DNA of 64,000 nt from the human T2T-CHM13v2.0 reference genome, Homo sapiens. Shown here piece by piece: positions 52,021 through 64,000 of this stretch; position 1 is the stretch's first letter; each line of letters begins with the position of its first letter. The translations under genes and the position numbers were made by a program. Under the pieces are notes generated by a model. That model saw only the letters and a program-made list of their open reading frames with translations, did not search any database and was not told the origin of the DNA. The stretch lies in the NCBI RefSeq assembly GCF_009914755.1, contig NC_060943.1. One strand, 5' to 3'.

Positions 52021-52083
52021 ATAGAGGACAAAGAAACTATAAACAATTTAGATACTTCATCATCTGACTTCACTATATTACAG
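52021..52083 (+). CDS. SAFB: SAFB exon 5
   Basis: cag|IEDKETINNLDTSSSDFTILQ|gtaaac. Confidence 0.92.
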
Positions 52084-54699
52084 GTAAACTGTTGTATGTC
52101 TCAGTACTTTTAGAATGAAAGGTCAGACCACAATTTCTGGAATCCATTTCAGACACCATATGCCAGTTCCAGCTAATAATCACCACAAGGGTTGTTTCCT
52201 TTGTCAGGATCGTTAATGGGTGTTTGCTTTCTGCTTTCCTCCAAATATAATGTACGCATTGCCAGGGACTTAACTCTAGGCTTCGACGAGTGGCCTCCAA
52301 GCGCTGTGGCTTACCAGCAGTCATTAGAGTCATGTTTTGTGGCATTCTTAATTTCATTGCTTGTGGCAGGGGAAGGCAGCCTGTCTCATCTACCCTGGGT
52401 GGCATCCCCTGCAGAAAGATGATTTGATGAGACAGCAAGAGGGCATGGCTACCTGGGAAAGATGAGTAGGGCCCAGATGGGGATTGAGGGTTGACAGAGC
52501 CCTGTTGGGGAAGGTGGGGTCTCAGGGGTTCTGGTCTTGTCTTTGGGAAGTTTTTTTTGTTTTGTTTTGTTTTGTTTTTGTTTTGTTTTTTCTGAAATTG
52601 CCCAGATTTCATTTAATGACTGTATCATCCTACCTGTTTCATTGGCATCTCTGTAAATATTAAATCTTAGATGAGAACAGATGAGTTGAGAATTTCCAGG
52701 TATGATTTTTATATTTGTGGGTCTTGAGTTTCCTTTTTTTTTCCAGCCTACATAGATACAAATTGTTAGAACACACTTACCTAGGTAGCTGGCTAATTCT
52801 TAGGAGAACTTTTTGTGGAGAAATGAAGATCGAGCCAGCTTTTGCCCAGCCTTTTTATTTATTTATTTTTTTTCCCGTCTTCTTTTTAAATGTCATCTAT
52901 GTTATTGTAATTAGAAATCCCCTTTTGGAAAAGATCTCCATTTGCTTCTGCCATGCAAGGGCAAGGGAGATACTGGAAAGCCAGAGCTCCAACCTTGAGG
53001 AGGGCACAAATCTCAAGAAAACGTGGTGAAACCCAGTTCGCTTTTAGAGCTGCCGTCTCTCCACCTGCAAATTGACACGGCCATTCCCGACTCAGAAAGG
53101 AGAGGAGGAGCCGGATCTTGTCACTTTCCCCTGGCTCTTTCTTGGTCACAGTCTCCCATGTTAAAATGGGAAACCTACAGTCTCTCCTAAACAAATAGGA
53201 ATGTATTTGCTTCTCTTTAGAGAAAATGAGGAAGAATTATTCTGCCAACATTGATGATTTGCTTCAGTCCTATGGTCAGAATTCCCAGCATGGGGTAGGG
53301 TACATGGGGAAAAAACTGATTAAAAATAAGTGAAAGCATGAGGAAAGTGTACAGTTTCATAGAGCATCCTGGAATGGCAGGGCAGTTCCCAGGGGAAGTT
53401 ATAATTCAGTCACACCTACTTATTGGGTATATGTGAATCCCCTGTGATGTGTCAGGTGTGGCATTAACTACCAGCATTACATAGATGAATGAGAAGGAAG
53501 GGTGGTCCCCATGCTCGTGGGGCCTGGCCTGATGGTTAACAGTGCAGACTCACACTCATACACGGCCTTTGCTCAGAGCCTGTCTCTGCTTCCCACCTGC
53601 TGTGTGTCCTTGGGCAAGTTACTCAGTCTGTCTGGTCACAGTCTGTTACTCTGTAAAAAGAAGGGTGCTACCATTAGGACCAACCTCCTGCAACCGATGA
53701 CGAGTCTGTGTGTATGTAAGGTGCTTACATTTGTGCCTGGAACCTAGTCAGTGCCCATCAGTTGACTGGAATTCCAGAGGAGTGTACCTTGTGTGCACAG
53801 GAAACATAAAGGCTGGGGGATCACATCATGTGGAAAAAGCTCCTTTGCTTAGTGGGGCACAGCTGGAGTTGGGTTAGAGGGAAATAGGGAAAGCCTTCCT
53901 GAAAGGAGATGCCACTGAGCTGGATACTGAGGGATGTGGATGACTTGGCTGGACGGGGCAGGGGAGGGCTGGGCCTGTCAGGGAGGGAGGTGGCATAGGG
54001 ATCCATTGGCTGAAGGCTGAAGGCCACAGAGGGACATGAGCTTACTGTGGACACAAGGTGCAGAGAGATGGGATGGGGATAATACAACCAGATGCCACAG
54101 TAGGCAAGGATGGCACCAGCCTGAGTGGACAGGGCTTCCTGGGAAGAGTCTGAATGACTTCTAGAACTGGCCTGGTGGGAACACTGATTGGAAGAGGAGA
54201 TGAAGGAGGGAGGGTATTTACAAAGTTTTTCATGCTGGCACCACCATGCCAAGTAAGAGCAGGAGTCATACCACCTGGGCCCATATTCCCTCAGTCTTTC
54301 GAATATCAGAAAGTTGTCGTAGCTTCATTGAGTGAAAAAGTGACTGTTAATGTGCCATGCATTCCTCTAGATGCTAACAGTAGAAAAATGAAAACACTGC
54401 TCTCCTTGAATTTGAGAGTTCAATCTAGAGGGTCAGGCGTGCTTATGATGAGTGCCTCACCATGAAGTGAGACCAGTTCCAGGCTCCTGCAGGGGAGACT
54501 GAATGGAGGGTGGGCTGAGTGAAGTGGATGCCAGTCTTATGGAGCCATTCCTAGAACAAGCAGGTTCTCCACCTCTTGAGTTTGTGAGTTTCCCTCCCTG
54601 GATTTTTAAAATTCCCTCTTTAGTTATTCTGGGTTTTCATTTAAATAAACTGTAGGTGTCATTCATCTGGCACAGTCTTATTTACGTTTTTTCTTGCAG

Positions 54700-54727
54700 G
54701 AAATTGAAGAGCCATCCCTGGAGCCAG
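54700..54727 (+). CDS. SAFB: SAFB exon 6 (28-nt microexon)
   Basis: cag|EIEEPSLEP G|gtactg. Confidence 0.9.
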
Positions 54728-55455
54728 GTACTGTTAAATGAAAAACTTACCAGCGGGGGTTTGGAACCATTCTAGTTTTCCACCTTCTCTAATTTGAATT
54801 CTTTGATTTTTAAAAGTTACCTTACTATAGTATACATTGTTCTAAAGGTTTACAATCCAAAACCTACCAGGATCATAGAGATTGGAAACCCAGCCATATC
54901 ACCAGATCTGTGAAAGTGGCTCACTTCTCATTTTACAAAATGTATTGGTGAGATGAAAGTATCTCATGCCTTTTTGAATATCAACAGCATTGAATCATAC
55001 ATAGAGAAAGAGTTCCAGATGCCTCTCTTGAGAGCTAATACCTCTGCACCCACAAAACAGATCTTGTGATATTGGGCAGTAGCTTAATTTTGTTGTTTTT
55101 AATTGAGGCAGCTCAGGTAGTGGTAGGGAGATACATTTTAAAACATAAATTTGAGACATAACTGGATTCCAGAAGAGGAAAGAGTGTCTTCATGAGAATT
55201 CCAAACACTGTTCACTTTCTGGACTGCAAATATCTCAGAGCACGGATGGAAGAGATTCTGGTTTTCATGTTGGACTGTTCTGTTAAAAGAAATTCAAAGA
55301 AATTTGGAAATTGAGCTGTTCAGTGAATGGTGATACATTCAGTTAAGCAACTTGGACTTTGGAAGCTAAATTTGGAAGAGTCATATCTAAACGACGACAG
55401 AATGAAGACTGTCAAGAATCAGCCAGAAGGTTTTGGGGGTTAAATCTCTGGGATG

Positions 55456-56396
55456 CTTTTCTCTTCCGTGTAGCGTAGAGGCTTACCTAGAGGCGGTCGC
55501 GGCGCAGGTAGTGTAACCAGTATAACTTTGTGTACCCGCGGGTTTTCCAATCTCTGTGTAGCTAGCAGTTCTCTTCGTGTTAGTGTGGCAGCCGTGCCAG
55601 TTCCACATTTGTGATTGCTTTATTTCCCTGGTAATTAAACCTTGTGCCATTCTATTCCTGTTAAATCCGTAGAAAATGAGAAAATACTCGACATTTTGGG
55701 GGAAACTTGTAAATCTGAGCCAGTAAAAGAAGAAAGTTCCGAGCTGGAGCAGCCATTTGCACAGGACACAAGTAGCGTGGGGCCAGACAGAAAGCTTGCG
55801 GAGGAAGAGGACCTATTTGACAGCGCCCATCCGGAAGAGGGTGATTTAGATTTGGCCAGCGAGTCAACAGCACACGCTCAGTCGAGCAAGGCAGACAGCC
55901 TGTTAGCGGTAGTGAAAAGGGAGCCCGCGGAGCAGCCAGGCGATGGCGAGAGGACGGACTGTGAGCCTGTAGGGCTAGAGCCGGCAGTTGAGCAGAGTAG
56001 TGCGGCCTCCGAGCTCGCGGAGGCCTCTAGCGAGGAGCTCGCAGAAGCACCCACGGAAGCCCCAAGCCCAGAAGCCAGAGATAGCAAAGAAGACGGGAGG
56101 AAGTTTGATTTTGACGCTTGTAATGAAGTCCCTCCGGCTCCTAAAGAGTCCTCAACCAGTGAGGGCGCTGATCAGAAAATGAGGTTTGTTTTTTCTCAGT
56201 TTTAGACCAGACGCTATCTCCTTTTCATTGGTCATGTAATGACACACATAAGCTGTTTTTTTCTGCAATTGGCCAGCCAGACTGACGAAATTGTAGTTTT
56301 GCTTCTAAAGAATGTTTCGTTTCTCTTTGTGTGTTTTTAATGGGTGATTCAATTCCTTTTCTTTTTCTCAACCTACCATGGTTGTGTTCTTAAATT
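55456..56396 (+). repeat. 941-bp inverted repeat, copy B (SAFB intron 6/exon 7/intron 7)
   Basis: See copy A; four ORF-track entries recur identically on opposite strands. Confidence 0.93.
55673..56183 (+). CDS. SAFB: SAFB exon 7 (511 nt; identical to SAFB2 exon 7)
   Basis: tag|AA AAT GAG...ATG AG|gtttgt; ORF 55642-56205 has the same translation as ORF 17782-18345. Confidence 0.95.
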
Positions 56397-56609
56397 CTTC
56401 CTAATTACCTTTAGCCCAGCAGAATTAATTAACTCCTGTGGGTCTGAAATCTTATGGTTAGGTCAGATTTTCAATACAAGTTTGTCGGGGTATCATTTTT
56501 TCAGAACTAAATTTCGGGTAGGTATGCAACCTCAGCACGAATTTTATGGTTTTGAGTTTGTTTCCTCCATGCTGCTTCCTTGTGGAGTGACATTGTCTTT
56601 TGTCTCTAG

Positions 56610-56659
56610 TTCTCCCGAAGATGACTCGGATACAAAAAGGCTTTCCAAAGAGGAAAAGG
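56610..56659 (+). CDS. SAFB: SAFB exon 8
   Basis: tag|T TCT CCC.. SPEDDSDTKRLSKEEK G|gtaggt; 50 nt. Confidence 0.92.
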
Positions 56660-57106
56660 GTAGGTCACCTCGGCGACACCAGTCCCTTGGAGCATGTATG
56701 GCCTGGGCAGTGGCGGGTATTTGATTCTGGTTCATCGCGTGCTATGCTCCTTACCCAGGAGACTCCTGAGACGTTTGTGCAGTCTTTCTCCTTCTCTGCT
56801 GTTACCGCTACAGGTTCTGGGTTGTAGGAAGCATACCAGGTCCTAAGAGTTAACAGGCTGATTTGGTGCAGATCCTTGTGTTGGGAGCACATTCATCCTG
56901 TAACCCTTCATTAAATGCATTAACTGAGAAATAATTTTACCCTACCAAATTCCTTCTTAATCAGTGTTCTAAAGGAGTAAAAACATGGGATAGATACAGA
57001 GCTATACGTGGAAAGAGAAACAGTGCATTGTTGACACCAAGGTTGACTGTTCTGCTACATGGCCGTTGCACACTGCACTTCCTCCTGTAATTAAGCGATC
57101 GCTAAC

Positions 57107-57394
<288 letters not shown>

Positions 57395-57661
57395 CGCAAT
57401 TGCTAACTTTCTTAGGAAACCTCACATTGTCCCAATAGCCCCACTCAGTATTGTGACGGGCCCTGTGGTAGTGCTGCTGGGCCTGGTGTTGCACTGGAGG
57501 CTCTTGGTGAGGATAGTGGTCAGGCCCACAGCCCCATTTGGCTTTTAGTGCTGCCACTGCCTCAGGAAAAATGGGAACCATGTCTCTTTTGGAAAGGTTG
57601 TCTCTAAGACTCAAGATCTTGTGGGTATTTGGGTTTTTACTAGAATTTTCTTTTGAAATAG

Positions 57662-57756
57662 GTCGCAGCAGTTGTGGTAGAAATTTCTGGGTTAGTGGAC
57701 TCTCTTCTACAACCAGAGCTACAGATTTGAAGAATCTTTTCAGCAAATATGGGAAG
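57662..57756 (+). CDS. SAFB: SAFB exon 9 (RRM, RNP2)
   Basis: tag|[32 protein letters not shown]|gtaagt. Confidence 0.95.
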
Positions 57757-58597
57757 GTAAGTGCCAGAGCTTTTCTGGAGAAGATACTTTGAAACCAGCG
57801 TTGTGTGGCCTTTACATGGAGGTCCTCTCCCCTCAGTGAGTTCTTTGAGAGATACCAAGGAGCTTACACTTGCTAATGGCTGGGGAGGGTCTGCCCGTCC
57901 ACAGGTAGAGGTGAGAGTGGTGTGGAAGCTTCCAGAGCCCACATCACCACTGTATTTCCCTCCCTTCTCTGCGAGCTTGCCCCCTTCCCTGTGATGGCTC
58001 GTGGATCCATTTCTGTGTCCTCAGGACGTCGCACTCAGGCTGGGCTGCCAGGGTTGGCTGGTGGGGTGCTGGTCAGCATGTCTGGGAGACAGCAGTGTTC
58101 TTAGAACAGTGTTCGTGATGCTGGAACTCAGAACTCAGAACAGGGACCCTGGAGTCTGATGATAGGGGTCCTCACCACGGGTGTCTTGGGTCCATTGACT
58201 GAACCTCACCTCAGCAGCTGGGGGCTCTCAAAGTTGCTGCCTCAGTTCACCACTGGGGGCAGTTCTAGTGGCCTCTTGTCTGCAGCACCTGCCTTTCCTG
58301 AGCCCGTGAAGGTGGGGCTGGTGGCACCAGCCCCCTACCTGCAGTGCCCAGCGCAGCCGCCTGGCCCTCCTCCCTGTGCTTTCTCACTCCCTTCCTCCCT
58401 GGTGTTTCCCAGACTTGCCTCCCAAACAGCCTCCTGCATTCAGGGCTCCTCGTCTCTCTCAGAGTCGGTTTCGGGGACTACCAAAGGAAGGAGTCCAATC
58501 CTTTGTGTTACACAGTGAGGGTTCAACACATTGCAATATAGAAAACCAAGTGTTTTCCCTGATACTGACTTCGAAGAACTTAAAAGAGGATAAAACA

Positions 58598-58892
<295 letters not shown>

Positions 58893-59798
58893 AGGATAAA
58901 ACTAATTATGTCATTATTACGGACATAACTAAGGGCTTCTTGAGCCTCAGTGATACAAGGTGTGTGGCTGGCAACACCTGCGCCAAGTCTCCCCTACTAG
59001 ACCCCCTTTCCTGACTCCATGGCGTCCCCCAGCGGGTGGGTGTGCTCAGTGGGGAAGTGTTGCCCTGGAGACTGTAGTGTCTTGAGCGCAGCAGGCCTGA
59101 TGTGGGTTAATTAGAGGACCGGGCCTCTCTGAGAATGTCCTCTGGGACTAGGATTCCATGTGGCATGATGAGCATGATTACCAGCCTCGGCCACTGGCTG
59201 CTGCAGGGCTTTTCCTGAGCCATGGTGTCTTCTGCCGTCAAAGGGCGACCCTAACTGCATCCTGCTGGAGTCGAGAAAACCAGGTAGACTGGAAAGGATG
59301 TGTCTACAGTAACTGAAACACATCACTGCGTTTTGTTACAGTCAATGATAGGGCAGATCTGAGTTCCAGAGCACGGCTCACAGACCTTTCCTTGCATCAG
59401 TCTGTGCCGAAGTCTTTTTTTTTTCTTTTTTCTTTTTTTGCCCACATTACATCACTTCATAATTTACCACCTACGTAGCATGACTGTATATTTGGAATCA
59501 TTTCTTCACAAGTTTTAGACCATATTAAAGGAACACTGGCAGAACCCTGTTTGATTTCCCTTTCGTCTGTTCCCCTACATTGCCCTCCTGGCCCCCTTGA
59601 GGAACTAGATGAGCGATTAGAACTGGCCAGAGGTCCTTGGAGGAACAACAGCGAAACAGAAGCATTAGTAGCATTGTCCTCCCCAGTCTAACACTTGTCG
59701 GACCCCTGATGAGCAGACTTCCCTGTGGGGTGTTCATATCCCCATGCCCCGCTCAGTGGGCTTCATGTCTGAGTCATATTTGCCTGCTTTCCTTTGAG

Positions 59799-59948
59799 GT
59801 GGTGGGCGCCAAGGTTGTGACAAATGCCCGGAGTCCTGGAGCTCGCTGTTACGGTTTTGTCACGATGTCCACAGCAGAAGAGGCCACAAAATGCATTAAC
59901 CACCTGCACAAGACGGAGCTCCACGGAAAGATGATCTCCGTGGAGAAA
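59799..59948 (+). CDS. SAFB: SAFB exon 10 (RRM, RNP1)
   Basis: gag|[50 protein letters not shown]|gtgagt; 150 nt. Confidence 0.94.
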
Positions 59949-60021
59949 GTGAGTGGCCGTTTTCTTCCCAGGATATAGCCCACATTAGGAAATGGGGGTA
60001 ATACTTGATTCTCTTTTTCAG

Positions 60022-60104
60022 GCCAAAAATGAACCTGTGGGAAAGAAAACCTCTGACAAAAGAGACAGTGACGGGAAAAAGGAGAAGTCGAGCAACAGTG
60101 ACAG
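60022..60104 (+). CDS. SAFB: SAFB exon 11
   Basis: cag|AKNEPVGKKTSDKRDSDGKKEKSSNSD AG|gtaccc. Confidence 0.92.
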
Positions 60105-60140
60105 GTACCCCTCCTTCCTGGCTAAATTAAAGGGGCAGGG

Positions 60141-60725
60141 TGTTTTTTGTTGTTGTTGTTTTGTTTTTGAGATGGAGTCGCGCTCTGTCGCCCAGACTGG
60201 AGTGCAGTGGTGTGATCTCGGCTCACCTCAACTCCACCTCCTGGGTTCAAGCAATTCTCCTGCCTCAGCCTCCTGAGTATCTGGGACTAAGGTGTGCACC
60301 ACCACACCCGGCTAATTTTTGTATTTTCAGTAGAGATGGGGTTTCACCATATTGGCCAGGCTGGTCTTGAACTCCTGACCTTGTGATCCGCCTGCCTCGG
60401 CCTCCCAAAGTGCTCGGATTACAGGCGTGAGCCACCATGCCTGGCCGGGGCAGGGTGTTTTAAACAGAATCTCACTCTGTTGCCCAGGCTGGTGTGCAGT
60501 GGCAAGATCTCTTTTCATTGAACCTCCACCTCCCTGGCTCAACCAATTCTCATGCCTCAGCCTCCCGATTTGCTTGGATTATAGCCATGCCCATTTGTGG
60601 TTTTAGTAGAGATGGGGTTTCACCATGTTGGCCAGGCTGGTCTCGAACTCCCGGTCTCATGTGATCCGCCCGCCTCATCCCCCCAAAGTGCTGGGAATAC
60701 AGGCATGAGCCACCACGCCCAGCCA
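60141..60725 (-). mobile_element. Two tandem antisense Alus filling SAFB intron 11; TSD ggggcagggtgtttt around the first
   Basis: Alu motifs at 60141-60446 and 60461-60725. Confidence 0.9.
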
Positions 60726-60744
60726 ACATGTCTGTTTTTTATAG

Positions 60745-60884
60745 ATCTACAAACCTTAAGAGGGATGATAAATGTGACAGAAAAGATGATGCTAAGAAGG
60801 GTGACGACGGAAGTGGAGAAAAGAGTAAGGACCAAGATGATCAGAAACCTGGCCCCTCAGAGCGATCTCGAGCCACAAAGTCAG
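60745..60884 (+). CDS. SAFB: SAFB exon 12
   Basis: tag|A TCT ACA.. [47 protein letters not shown]|gtgggc. Confidence 0.92.
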
Positions 60885-61051
60885 GTGGGCAGCTCATGAG
60901 CCCAGGAGATTCTGTCTTGTTTCTGTGCCTAGTGGAGTTTGTTAGTTTGCTGTGATTAGCTGGCAACGGAAACTGGATTCATGTTGCAGAGGGTTTTTCT
61001 CATCTGGGTATTCTTGGTTTTCCACTTACACTTTCCCCGTCTTTTCTGTAG

Positions 61052-61140
61052 GAAGTCGAGGGACCGAACGGACTGTAGTAATGGATAAATCCAAAGGGGT
61101 GCCTGTGATTAGTGTAAAAACGTCCGGGTCCAAAGAGAGA
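61052..61140 (+). CDS. SAFB: SAFB exon 13
   Basis: tag|GA AGT.. [29 protein letters not shown]|gtgagt. Confidence 0.93.
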
Positions 61141-61220
61141 GTGAGTATTAATTTTCTAACTAGGGTATTTTGCTCTTCTTTTCAGTTTGTATTTCTGTGT
61201 GCGTCTTAGGGAATTACTAA

Positions 61221-62164
<944 letters not shown>

Positions 62165-62924
62165 CACACACCTATTATTTGCATGGTCTGTGCACACCGA
62201 GCCACCCTTACTGGTTAACTGTCAACTGGGGACACTCTGAGAGCCAACTTCCCAGTTGCCAGCCAAGGACCAATCTTGGCAGCAGCCCCTCCTTAAGGAA
62301 GGAGAGGGACCTTGGACCCGCCTGGTCAACCCTCAGCTGCACGGAGGAGGAACCATTTCACTTGGTGAATGGAGCGGATTGCTTAGGAGCTTTCAGTCTC
62401 TGTGTGCCAGTATTATAATATGTCATAGCCTTTTACCCTTGTTCTATAAAACACCTTTGGAAAACGGAAAAAGGAAAGTGTGGGTTCTAGGGATAAAATG
62501 AGAAGGTCTCTTAACAATGTCATTGGCACAAATAAGGTACTTGTCAAGTGTACCGGAAGTGCTTCATTTGGGAACTCATTGTGTGTTTAATTATTGAAGG
62601 AAAAAGGAAAATTAAGAAATTTATTTTTGAAGCAAAAGACATAAAAAATTGGTGTTTTGATCTTATATGAAGTTTTCGGGGGCAATACTCATTTCCATTT
62701 TTTCTCTATTAAATGTACTGTTAGATCATATTTTAGCATTAAATGTTGATGAAATTCTGTGTCTTTCAATTATGATAAGCAAAATGTAAGGCTTGTTTGG
62801 ATTAAACAGCTCATCTGTTTTTCACTAAAAGTTATTCATCACATAGGACCTCCACATCTGATGGTTAGGCATGGATATATATACCTGATTCTTCCTGTTC
62901 CCCTATCACACCTACTTTTAACTT

Positions 62925-63888
<964 letters not shown>

Positions 63889-63924
63889 TCTGCTTTAACT
63901 TTTTAATGTTCTTTGGTGAACTAG

Positions 63925-64000
63925 GCTTCCAAAAGCCAGGATCGCAAATCAGCCAGCAGAGAGAAGCGGTCCGTCGTGTCCTTTGATAAGGTCAAGGAGC
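63925..64000 (+). CDS. SAFB: SAFB exon 14 (truncated by the window end)
   Basis: tag|[25 protein letters not shown]...; paralogous to SAFB2 exon 14. Confidence 0.9.

Noticed and set aside
53955-53973. G-quadruplex motif GGGGCAGGGGAGGGCTGGG
   Set aside because: Single common motif in repeat-like intron, with no paralogous support.
56184-56609. Intronic polyadenylation giving a truncated ...[10 protein letters not shown] protein
   Set aside because: I found no AATAAA/ATTAAA in intron 7 of either gene, so NMD or nuclear retention is more plausible.
59100-59420. Possible cassette exon in SAFB intron 9 ending at CAG|gtagac (59283)
   Set aside because: No convincing acceptor and no counterpart found in SAFB2 intron 9.

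Overview
Human-type, Alu-rich genomic DNA containing the head-to-head paralogue pair SAFB2 (minus strand, ATG at 29397, coding exons 1-15 in window) and SAFB/SAFB1 (plus strand, ATG at 29889, coding exons 1-14, last one cut by the window edge). The two share a ~490-bp CpG-island bidirectional promoter. All exons were placed by GT-AG boundaries and phase continuity, and they encode the SAP, RRM and Arg/Glu-rich domains. The stand-out signal lies around exon 7. A 941-bp block (17591-18531 vs 55456-56396) reads as identical in inverted orientation between the two genes and includes ~215 bp of intron on each side, while the neighbouring exons are strongly diverged. The block sits in Alu-free introns 6 and 7. 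These introns keep paralogue-conserved complementary segments: a long-range stem, a nested stem and hairpins, with A-U/G-U and C-G/U-G consistent changes. They also keep positionally conserved GAAGA motifs and two candidate stop/frameshift ('poison') splice events. I infer an RNA-structure-based autoregulatory module kept identical by gene conversion, whose inverted repeat could also mediate an in-frame, N-terminus-swapping inversion. All alignments and pairings were done by eye and need computational confirmation.
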